Assembly: GCA_043228905.1 (NCBI GenBank)
Contig: JBHGNT010000010.1
Span: 16,120,001 to 16,184,000, forward strand
Origin: Azolla caroliniana
Lineage: Eukaryota > Plantae > Polypodiophyta
DNA: 64,000 bases
Direction of reading: 5' to 3'
In this document: piece after piece, positions 11,501 to 21,897 of the stretch
Layout: the number at the start of each line of letters is the position of its first letter
How positions within the stretch are numbered: position 1 is the stretch's first letter
The notes under the pieces: model-generated
What the model was told of the DNA's origin: nothing
The model's database searches: none
The model's input: only the letters and a program-made list of their open reading frames with translations
Translations under genes and position numbers: made by a program

Positions 11501-13561
11501 CCCAAAATACAGCTCATGAGCTGACACCTTGTCACCAATGCGGTTTTGTATGTAGACGGTCGTCTGGACCGCCTCCGCCCAGTAGAACCAGGGCATGGTC
11601 TTCTCCTCCAGCATTGTCCTCGCCACTTCGACGAGTGTCCGGTTCTTCCTTTCGGCCACACCGTTTTGCTCCGGTGTGTATATGCAGCTGACCTCTCGCC
11701 GAATTCCCTTCTGTTGCAGATAACGAGTGAATTGGCCGGAAAAATATTCCTTTCTGCCATCCGACCAAAGGCATTTGATCTTCCTCTCCGATTCCCGTTC
11801 CACCATCTTCTGGAGGCTCCGGAAACAGTCGAAGACTTCGCTCTTCCGCTCAATGAGGTAGATCCAAGTATGTCGAGTATAGTCGTCGATGAAGGAGACG
11901 AAGTATCGGCTCCCGCCAAGGCTTACACTTTGTGCCGGTCCCCACACATCCGAATGGATGAGATCGAGCTTGTTACGGCTCCGGTTCCGTTCGGTGGGGA
12001 ATGGAAGCCGGTGCTGCTTCCCAAGTTGGCAGGCTTTACAAATTTCGGCTCTCCGGCCGCTGAACTTCGGCAAACCGAAAACGACTTGTTTCGTTTGCAG
12101 ATCTTGAAGCCTCCGGTAGTTGACGTGGCCTATCCGCTTGTGCCACAGGTTGATGTCCGACTCGACCTTCTGTCGTTTCGCGAACAGAGCGGTGCCAAAG
12201 TCATTGGTGTCGAGGATAAACATCCTCCCGTCTCTGCGCCCTTGCGCAATGACTTCGCCCTCATCCTCAATGAAGCACCCGAGGTGCATAAACCGCACCT
12301 GCATCCCCTGGTCGACAATCTGACCGACGGACACCAGGTTCTTCGTGATCGTCGGAACGTGTAACACGTTCATCAGCTTCCCTTTCTGTCCGACGTGGCT
12401 TAGAGGGACTTCTCCGACGTGCACGATTGGGTGAGGAGTGTCGTCTCCGGTTTCGACTACTCCTGGTTGATCCAGTCTCTCCAGAAAGGAGAACCACTCT
12501 TTGTGGCTCGTCATGTGGTTCGACGCGCCGGAATCAACATACCACACTTCCTCCGATTTGGAAGTGGTCTTCTTCATTGAATTTGCCTTGTGATTCATCA
12601 CCAAGGCTGGCCCCTTACCGGCCTTTCCGGTTCCGGATCCTCCTGATCCGTTTGCGTAGTGCGAGTTTTGCCGGCCATCCTTACCGGTCTTGGCAGATCC
12701 GGATTTGTCCGAATCGGCACGCTTTCTCCAGCACTCGCTTTCCCTGTGGCCTTTTTTGCCACAGTACCAGCATTCCGTAGCGGATTTGTCTTGCCGGCCT
12801 CCGGCACCGCCTTGACTCCCCCTGCTTGTGGAAGTCCCGGAACTACTGTCGGCACACTCATAGTACCTCCGTTCCTGCTCTTGCCGGCCGCCTCCATTGT
12901 GTGCCGACCCACCTCTTCCACCACGCCCACAGTGCCGATCCGTTCCCGTGTACAGCATTCGGCTGTCCGGAGATGCACTAGTAGATGCACCGGCGTGGTT
13001 CTCCTCTACAAGGAGCATCAACTGTAAGTCGAAGAATGAGGGGGTATTCTCCCTTGTACACACCGCAGTCCGGAACGCTCCGAACTTGGACGCCAGGCCT
13101 CCGAGACATACTTGCACCATCTCGTCTTCCTCTACGGTAACATTGATAGAGGGGAGCGAGTCGCAGATCTCCTTTATCCGGCCCGTGTAATCTGCTACGG
13201 ACATGTTCTTTTGTCGAACATTGCTCAACTCCTGTCTGAGTTGCAGCTTCCGGGCAGTGGTGCTTGCGGCAAAAACCTTTTTCAGGTTCCCCCAAGCATC
13301 CTTCGGTGTCTTGGCGTCACGGATGTGGCTGAGCAGCTGATCGCCGACACTGGACGTGAAGCAGTACATCACCCTGCTTTCCGCCTGTTCCCATACCGGG
13401 AAGTCCTTGTGTGCCGAGTCTGGCGCCCCATCATTCACTCCTTCGACATAACTCCAGTACCCGTGTCCAAGCAGGTACTAGTGCATCTTGTAAGACCAGG
13501 ATGCGTAGTTGCTCCTGTCGAGCTTCTCCACCGGGAGCGACGTAGCCATGCCTCTATCCAT
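8543..13561 (-). pseudogene. pol: Copia gag-pol polyprotein with two in-frame stops (13478-13480, 9887-9889) and a ~235-aa C-terminal extension
   Basis: KLDRSNYASW N-terminus, CWYCGKKGHRESEC, WYVDSGASNHM, WHKRIGH...C..C, IHSDVWGP, KARLVAKGY, LLYVDD, YTDADWAG, TKHIEVHYHFVRE, ADIFTK. Confidence 0.93.
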
Positions 13562-13642
13562 GTCTTCTACTGTGTCTGTTCTCGACCTGTTAGGGTTTTC
13601 TTCTCAAGAGTAAATGTCTGCAGCAGAGGTTCTCAACCCTCG

Positions 13643-13655
13643 CGCTCTGATACCA
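13643..13655 (-). other. PBS of Copia B (tRNA-iMet)
   Basis: TGGTATCAGAGCG on the minus strand, directly next to the 5' LTR. Confidence 0.92.
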
Positions 13656-14067
13656 TGAAAACGTAAGTGTTTGCGGAAAACGTAAAACAGAGAACAACAC
13701 ACAGGGGGAGAGAGAGAGAGAGAGATACAGAGAGAGCAGAACACAATTTCCAAAATTATATCAAGACTCTGTACTACACACTGTGCTAAGTAACACTATT
13801 TATACAAGTCCTCTTGGGACTGACAGAAGTACCATGTACTTCAATGCTCACACGAGCATCTGACACTTACTACGAGACTATAGATACCTAGTAGTCTATC
13901 CTATTCTAGGCTTCCGATTGGACTGCCGGTTACGGATTGCACCCGGCCTCCACTGCTTGCCGGTTCGGTTGCTCACCGTCATACCGATCCGTTTCGCCCG
14001 ATCCGTCTCGCTTACCGGCTCCGGCTTATTTAGCCGATCCGGCTCCGGTTGAGCTTGCCGCTCAACA
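13656..14067 (-). repeat. 5' LTR of Copia B (412 bp)
   Basis: TGAAAACG...CTCAACA; matches the split copy. Confidence 0.95.
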
Positions 14068-14612
14068 GATCGAAATCGGATCCATTCGATGGACTCTCAA
14101 AAGCCACTCCGACCAAACTTTCGAAAAGGCGGCATGAAGAAGGTTGTAGAGGAGGAGATCGCGGCGAAAAACAACTATGCGACAACCGTGGGAATACGTG
14201 TGGGGGAGTCATCTGGAGCAAAGGCGTCTTTTTGGCCAGAAGCAAAGAAAGCCGACCATGATGACATCCGAAGCGCCACAGAATGTATCCGGGAAGCTAC
14301 GGGATGGGAGTGTCCCGTAGATAAGAATAGCGTACATGTGCTATGTCAATTGCATGAAGTGTATGTGGATGAACAACGGCGGCGCACGGATGATGCGGCT
14401 GGACCATCAAAGACGCCGGAGAGCTGGAACTCCGAAGGGAAGGGGAAAGGAAAAGCAATTCTGGCATTCAAACTCGCTTCGGACATCGAACAACAGACGA
14501 ACCTAAAGAAGGTGTTTGAAGAGAGAATCCTTGATAGTCGGGTGGAATTTTCGCTTCGGGAATTACTCGGAATAGCGAAGAAGGAGTTCCACGACCTTCT
14601 TGTGGATCTCAT
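14068..14612 (+). pseudogene. Element A gag-PR linker, middle part
   Basis: ORF 14089..14661 (FSLRELLGIAKKEFHD) is homologous to element C LPLREVLGIAKKEFHD and continues the 797-1110 frame. Confidence 0.85.
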
Positions 14613-15674
14613 TGTCGTGATGATCCGTCACTACGCACGGATCGTGAGGCGGAACCGCTAGGGTTCTGGACCGGAAGGACTCGAAGTTGGCGCAAGCTTT
14701 AGCGAGAAAGGAATTAAGATAGATTGAAAGAGAGAGATTGAGATAAGATAGAGCGCTTGATTTTAGATTGAGAGAGAGATTAAGAACTCTTGACTTTAGA
14801 TTTCAAGAACAAGGTATATCATCCAAAGGATAACGAATTTTCTTCTTAATATTAATTTTGATTTAAAGTACAAAGCTTTTTTTTATCAAAAAAACCCCAT
14901 TGATCTTTTTTTTCATTCCCTCTTTTATAGATGCCCTCATGCATTTGAGGGTTCAAGACATGCATAAAATGCATGTTTGCCATTTGGCACTCATGTATTA
15001 CATGTGGTGCATGATAACCATGTCACTCATTTTAGCTCTCATGTATGAGAATTTATATGTAAAAGTAAAATGATATAAATATAAATTCAACTAAATGTCA
15101 TAGCTTAGTGGTAAGCCTATTGACTCTTAACTAAGAAGTGCAAGGTTCGAATCCTCACTTGCCCTCCTTGTATATTATGTGATATTTATTTATTAATTTG
15201 GTCGCCGATTGCCGGTTCCACCGGCTCGCTGGCTCCGTTTCCGTCGGATGACGGTTCCGCCGGATCACCGGCTCCATCGTCGGTCCAGTTTTGGTTGGCC
15301 AAAACCTTTACAAGTAGCTAGGCCACCTCCACTCTTAGTTCAAGTTACCTTGAACTCTCTATTCTCCACACATAGACACAAAGATAATAACTTTTGCTCC
15401 ACCTTATATATGGTGAGAGCCTTATTCGTCCTGTCTATGTGGGATATCTCATAATTTTCTCTTTTTCTTTCGCAACTTCTTACCCACATAAGTTGACACT
15501 TAGATGTCTGTTTCTTATGTAGTAAAGTGCACCTCTTCAAGATCTTCGTCTTTTATACTAAGATATTAAACTTACTTAGAATTAGTATATTCACTATTAT
15601 TGTTTTATATGATTGACACTTGATTTTGTACGTTTTATGTGATTTTCACACCATTGCCAAAAATCTTCACGACA
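14613..15674 (-). repeat. 3' LTR of element D
   Basis: TGTCGTGA...TCACGACA; similar to 20008-21150; minus-strand TATA near 14924-14931. Confidence 0.9.
15094..15165 (+). other. tRNA-like Pol III module (A box + B box) in the U3 of the D LTR, antisense to the element
   Basis: TAGCTTAGTGG at 15101 and GGTTCGAATCC at 15144. D-arm GCTT/AAGC pairs; anticodon and acceptor stems are poor. Confidence 0.7.
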
Positions 15675-15794
15675 TCCACCCCCACCAAACCGCACGTCCT
15701 CCGGTACGTGCCAAGAAGAGAGAAAGTAAGATTTCGGCAATGGTGATCAGCATGACTCCTCCACGTCGAGCATGTCCTTTCCTTTGCACTCAAA

Positions 15795-17911
15795 TCATGG
15801 TTGCCAGCCAATCCACCATATCATTCGTCTTTTCTTTGCTTTACCATGACTTGTTGTCATGGCCCCTTGCTCCCTTCCTGAGAATAATCGTTTAAGTCTC
15901 ATAAATGTACCACCTTTGTCTTGATCGTCTCCTTGCTCAAGGCACTTGGACTCATTCACAGCAGTGTCTTTGATAGATGTTTTGATCACATCCGTCAAAT
16001 CCTCATGGCTCGCTTGGCCATCGCTATCCCTTGCCATATTTTGCGCAAATTCTTCGTTGCACGCATCAGCTTTAACCCTTACTTCTTCCCCATCACTATC
16101 CTTCTCTTGGGTCTTACATCAAGTAAAGCCCAAGTCTCCGGAAAGAGTGTGGAGGGACCTATACATTTCCGTCGTTTGCCTTTTTCGTGCCGCACTTAGC
16201 CATTTCCATCTTAATGTTTCTTGAATCAGCATTGATCTTTGCCTCCTTGTCGTCGTTGCGCGAATCAGCATTGACCTTTGCTTCCTCGCCGCCAGCTTCT
16301 GTCTTTTGCCGTATGTATTAGTTTCGGCCTTCGGTTCTTCGCCATCACCTCCCGTCTCTTGGGTCTTACATCGGTTCTCGGACGCAATTGCCCAAGTCTC
16401 TGGAAAGAGTGTGGAGGAAATTTGGTCGTCGTCATTATCTGTACTATCTTTGTCCTTGTCTTCCTTTTTGCCACCATTCGTCTCTCCGGTCTCACGTTGG
16501 TTCTCGGACACAACTGCTGAAGTCTCTAGAGTTAGTGGGCCGGATTCCTTAGTATCACCTTCCTCCATCATTTCGTCCATAGCCTCCTTCTCGGCTATCT
16601 CTTTATCATATACATCGGCTTTGACCTTTGTTGTCTCTCCTCCATCTTCCGTCTCTTCGGTCTCACCTTGCCTTTCGATCGCAACCGCTGAAGTCTCTGT
16701 AGTTAGCAGTGGGAAAGTCTCAACAGGACCAATTGCCATTGACTCGTTCATAGCCCTCTCCAACTCGATGTCGTTTTTCGTGGCTATCTCTTCAATCTCA
16801 TGGGCCTCGCACCCATTGACTCTCTTCATCGAACAAGCTTTGATTATCCTTCTCTCTTTAGCTTCGACCTCTGGTTCTTCGCCGCCACCTCCCATCTCTT
16901 GGGTCTCACGTTGGTTAGCGGATGTAACTGCCCAAGTCTCTAGTACAGCTGCGGAGAAAATCTCACCATGGTCGTTGTCGACTCTTGTTGTCTTCATATA
17001 GCCACCTCCTCGATTTTAGTGGTTAGATCCTCTATCATGTCGATCTCGCACTCTTTATCTCCTTTAATGCAAGCTTCGATTAGGCTTGCTCCTTCATCAT
17101 TCTTTGTTTCGAACACGACGCATGTTCTGAAACATTTGTCCTCCTTTGAAATGGTCGTCATCGTCCTCGACTCATCATCAATCTTCTTTTCATGTTGCAT
17201 GTGTTCTTTAGGCGTCTCTACTTCTTTGGATGGTTTTGCTTTCTCTATGATCAGCCTTACCAAGTCAATACCATCAAGCCATTGACGACGTCTATCGATC
17301 TTGTTGCATGCTTGCTTCACCGTAACCTAGTCCGCCACAAGCCTGTTCGCTTGGGTATCATCTTCGAGGAGAGTCCCCAACTGTCTTCTATCCTTCATGT
17401 CCACAACTTTTAAGAAGTATAAAGTCTTGTCCTCTTCAAGTAGCACTTGATCCGTGTTGGGGAGACGACCAAACATTTGGTTGAATTCGTCGTACACCCT
17501 CGAGGTGTTCATCTTCTTATTCTTCTTCTCTATCCACTTCATCAGGGCATGTCGAGTCATCCTTGTTGAGTCTTCAGTCGCGAACTCCACAAATATCGTT
17601 TTCTCGAACTCGGACCATGTTGTCTTCCCTTCTTGAAGTTCGATGACGCGTCTTTGAACGTTGTTGGCGACAACTCTCTTGAAGCTTGCAATTTGACGTG
17701 CTTCAGACATGTCCCTTTGATTCATCTCCCTTCTATATGCATCAAGGAACTTCGTAACGTTCCTTCCATCAAATTGGCCCTCGAGCTTTACGACACAATT
17801 GATAGCCTTCTCCACGCTCGTGTCGTTGTCCCGAGATCTCATCATTTGCTCGACGATTAGCATCATCCTTTCGAGCTCTCCCGCTTTGTTGCTTGAGGAC
17901 GCCATCTCCAA
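15795..17911 (-). pseudogene. gag: Element D gag followed by an acidic, repetitive ORF; broken by stops and frameshifts
   Basis: 17327..17911 (GQFDGRNVTKFLDAY, homologous to A gag), then 16994..17320, 16119..16997 (repeats of ET[WS]AV.S.NQ.ETQE.GG.GEE) and 15795..16037. Confidence 0.75.
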
Positions 17912-17972
17912 CTATTAATCTCAGCTTGATCCTTCCTACCGCCTCGTTCACATCGGGTTCACCACTTAATTA

Positions 17973-19959
17973 TGTCGTGAAGATCCGTCACTAGGCGCGG
18001 ATCGTGAGGCGGAACTGCCTGGGTTCTGGACCGGAAGGATTCGAAGTCGGTACAAGCTTTAGTGAGGAAGTATTTAAGATAGATTGGGAAAGACAGAAGT
18101 TGAGATTAAACGCTTGAACTTCGATTGAGAGAGATTGATTGCACTTTTATCTTTAGATTTAAGAAACAAGTTACACGATCAATTCGATAGCGAATTTTCT
18201 TCTTCTTAATTTCATAACCAATCCCTTCTTTTAAAGATGCTCTCATGCATATGATGCATGTGAGGGTACAAGACATGCATAAAATGCATGTTTGCCATTT
18301 GGCGTTCATGTATTACATGTGGTGCATGATAACCATGTCACTCATTTTAGCTCTCATGTATGAGAATTTCCATGTAAAAGTACAATGATAGAAATATAAG
18401 TTCAACTAAATTTCATGGCTTAGTGGTAAGCTAATTGACTCCTAACTTGGAGGTGCAAGGTTCAAATCCTTACTTGCCCTCCTTGTATATGTGTATATAT
18501 ATTTATATATTTATTTATCTCGTCGTCGTCCGCCGGTTCGCTGGATGTCGTCGCCTCGCCGGCGTCAGATGCATTGATTAATCACGGATCGGAGATCAAT
18601 TTGATGTCCAAGGAGTTCTACCGGAAGGGGAAGTGGCCTACAAACACTAACCATGGATGGAAGATCCGAGCAGCCACTAAAGCAACGGAAGATCTATTTG
18701 CGGCTTCTCCGGATCGGCAACATCAAAGAGCTCATGCTAGCATTGATTAATCACGGATCGGAGATCAATTTGATGTCCAAGGAGTTCTACCGGAAGGGGA
18801 AGTGGCCTACAAACACTAACCATGGATGGAAGATCCGAGCAGCCACTAAAGCAACGGAAGATCTATTTGCGGCTTCTCCGGATGTGAGGGTGAAGATCGG
18901 GGATGTCGAGATCGACCAAAATTTCTTCGTACAAGACGAGGTCTCACATTCCGTGATCCTACGGCAACCCTTTATCGCAGCTTCACGGATGGAGACAAAG
19001 GTGCTCGATAGCGGTGTGGCTTTCGCACGAATTCGGAGCCAAAGCGGAGGGAAATCCGTCCAATTCCTAACTGTGCCGGAAAATCATGAAAGGAACAAGA
19101 GAGAGGTCTTGTCCCAAACAAGGATGGATTTTTAGAGTGGACTATTGCGGAGTGGGGAAGTGATAGTCCGAGAAGCCCTGATACCCTACACAGGAAGAAA
19201 ACTCTCGGAGCAAAACAAGTACGAATCGGTCCAGATGGGGCATCTACGTACACGGTCGTAACTGGAGGAAAGAAGAAAGAATACCGAAAAATAGAGGATA
19301 AGTTGCGGTCGGCATCAATAATAAAAGAAGACGAAGAAATCATGGGGGTAGTCAAAGAAGTGTTCTATGGGATCACGCTACAACGGCTTGAAGAGCTTCT
19401 AGAGGATAAAAGCCGAGGAGACCGGGTAGTCCCGGTGGAATCGGTCGAGATGTACGAGATCATTGCGAAAATGGGGTAAGCTAATTGACTCCTAACTTGG
19501 AGGTGCAAGGTTCAAATCCTTACTTGCCCTCCTTGTATATGTGTATATATATTTATATATTTATTTATCTAGTCGTCGTCCGCCGGTTCGCTGGATGTCG
19601 TCGACTCATTTTAGCTCTCATGTATGAGAATTTCCATGTAAAAGTACAATGATAGAAATATAAGTTCAACTAAATGTCATGGCTTAGTGGTAAGCTAATT
19701 GACTCCTAACTTGGAGGTGCAAGGTTCAAATCCTTACTTGCCCTCCTTGTATATGTGTATATATATTTATATATTTATTTATCTAGTCGTCGTCCGCCGG
19801 TTCGCTGGATGTCGTCGCTCTTGAAGACCTCCATCATTTTGTACTTAGATATTAAACTTCTTTAAAATGTTATCTTCACTATTATTGTTTTATGTGATTA
19901 ATACTCGATTTTGTACGTTTTATGTGATTTTCACACTATTGCCGAAAATCTTCACGACA
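17973..19959 (-). repeat. Middle LTR of D: diverged variant containing a 907-bp filler from element A and internal duplications
   Basis: Starts TGTCGTGAAG next to the PBS and ends CTTCACGACA; 19475-19602 and ~19603-19817 repeat parts of 18340-18553. Confidence 0.8.
18571..19477 (+). repeat. 907-bp duplicate of the element A protease/linker region 21333-22239
   Basis: Nearly identical (about 7 substitutions by eye), including the same 169-bp tandem duplication. Confidence 0.9.
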
Positions 19960-20007
19960 TCTCCTCCATCTTCCGTCTCTTCGATCTCACGTTGCACCAC
20001 TTAATTA

Positions 20008-21150
20008 TGTCATGAAGATCCGTCACTACGCGCGGATCGTGAGGCGGAACCGCTAGGGTTCTGGACCGGAAGGACTCAAAGTTGGCGCAAGCTTTAGCGG
20101 GAAAGGAATTAAGATAGATTGAAAGAGAGAGATTGAGATAAGATAGAACGCTTGATTTTAGATTGAGAGAGAGAGTAAGAACTCTTGACTTTAGATTTCA
20201 AGAACAAGGTATATCATCCAAAGGATAACGAATTTTCTTCTTAATATTAATTTTGATTTAAAGTACAAAGCTTTTTTCTATAATAAAAAAAGTCCCATTG
20301 ATCTTTTTCATTCCCTCTTTTATAAATGCCCTCATGCATTTGAGGGTTCAAGACATGCATGTTTGCCATTTGGCGCTCATGTATTACATGTGGTGCATGA
20401 TAACCATGTCACTCATTTTAGCTCTCATGTATGAGAATTTATATGTAAAAGTAAAATGATATAAATATAAATTCAACTAAATGTCATGGCTTAGTGGTAA
20501 GCCTATTGACTCTTAACTAGGAAGTGCAAGGTTCGAATCCTCACATATATGTGATATTTATTTATTTATTTGGTCGCCAGATGTCGTCGGTTACCAGTAG
20601 TTGTCGTCGGATGCCGATGCGCCGGCGCCGGTTACCGTATGTCGTCGCCTCGCCGGCGCCGGATGCCGTCGGATGTCGGTTCCACCGACTCGCTGGCTCC
20701 ATCTCCGTCGGATGACGGTTCCGCCGGATAACCGGTTGCCGGTGTGCCACCGTCGCCGGTCCAGTTTTGGTTGGCCAAAACCTTTACAAGTAGCTAGGCC
20801 ACCTCCACTCTTAGTTCAAGTTACCTTGAACTCTATATGCTCCACACATAGACACAAAGATAATAATTTTTGCTCCACCTTATATATGGTGAGAGCCTTA
20901 TTCGTCTTGTCTATGTGGGATATCTCATAATTTTCTCTTTTTCTTTCGCAACTTCTTACCCACATAAGTTGACACTTAGATGTCTGTTTCTTATGTAGTA
21001 AAGTGCACCTCTTCAAGATCTTCGTCTTTTATACTAAGATATTAAACTTACTTAAAATTAGTATATTCACTATTATTGTTTTATATGATTGACACTTGAT
21101 TTTGTACGTTTTATGTGATTTTCACACCACTGCCGAAAATCTTCACGACA
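20008..21150 (-). repeat. 5'-most LTR of element D
   Basis: TGTCATGAAG...CTTCACGACA, flanked by TSD TCGT; tRNA-like module at 20487-20540. Confidence 0.9.
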
Positions 21151-21897
21151 TCGTGAAGAGAAAAAGACAACATACGGAGGAAAATGCTTCAAGGGTAAAT
21201 ACGAACATGGTTTTAATGAATGACACCGAAGTGGAGGACGAAATTACGAACTCCCACTACACAAGGCCACACTGGGCACGTGCAACTACGGAGACTCCGG
21301 TCCGAATCGGCAACATCAAAGAGCTCATGCTAGCATTGATTAATCACGGATCGGAGATCAATTTGATGTCCAAGGAGTTCTACCGGAAGGGGAAGTGGCC
21401 TACAAACACTAACCATGGATGGAAGATCCGAGCAGCCACTAAAGCAACGGAAGATCTATTTGCGGCTTCTCCGGATCGGCAACATCAAAGAGCTCATGCT
21501 AGCATTGATTAATCACGGATCGGAGATCAATTTGATGTCCAAGGAGTTCTACCGGAAGGGGAAGTGGCCTACAAACACTAACCATGGATGGAAGATCCGA
21601 GCAGCCACTAAAGCAACGGAAGATCTATTTGCGGCTTCTCCGGATGTGAGGGTGAAGATCGGGGATGTCGAGATCGACCAAAATTTCTTCGTACAAGACG
21701 AGGTCTCACATTCCGTGATCCTACGGCAACCCTTTATCGTAGCTTCACGGATGGAGACAAAGGTGCTCGATAGCGGTGTGGCTTTCGCACGAATTCGGAG
21801 CCAAAGCGGAGGGAAATCCGTCCAATTCCTAACTGTGCCGGCAAATCATGAAAGGAACAAGAGAGAGGTCTTGTCCCAAACAAGGATGGATTTTTAG
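21151..21897 (+). pseudogene. Element A protease region with a 169-bp frameshifting tandem duplication
   Basis: HWARATTETPV, ALINHGSEIN (catalytic D replaced by N), ends MDF-stop; 21306-21474 repeated at 21475-21643. Confidence 0.85.

Larger units (their letters stand above)
1111..14067 (-). mobile_element. Element B: Ty1/Copia LTR retrotransposon inserted in gag of A; its 3' LTR is split by element C
   Basis: LTRs 13656-14067 and 1111-1131 + 8130-8524 (TG...CA). tRNA-iMet PBS, PPT at 8525-8535, 5-bp TSD GATGG/GATCG (1 mismatch), Copia order gag-PR-INT-RT-RH. Confidence 0.95.
14613..21150 (-). mobile_element. Element D: non-autonomous gag-only LTR element (TR-GAG-like) with three LTR copies
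   Basis: Outer LTRs 14613-15674 and 20008-21150, middle diverged and rearranged LTR 17973-19959. Trp PBS 17948-17964, PPT 15675-15686, 4-bp TSD TCAT/TCGT. No RT, RH or INT motifs between PBS and PPT. Confidence 0.85.

Noticed and set aside
1675-13700. Many overlapping + strand ORFs
   Set aside because: Antisense shadows of GC-rich retrotransposon coding sequence with no independent motifs.
15094-15165. Functional tRNA-Lys(CTT) gene
   Set aside because: Acceptor and anticodon stems do not pair, and the loop differs between copies (CTT vs CCT); kept only as a tRNA-like module.
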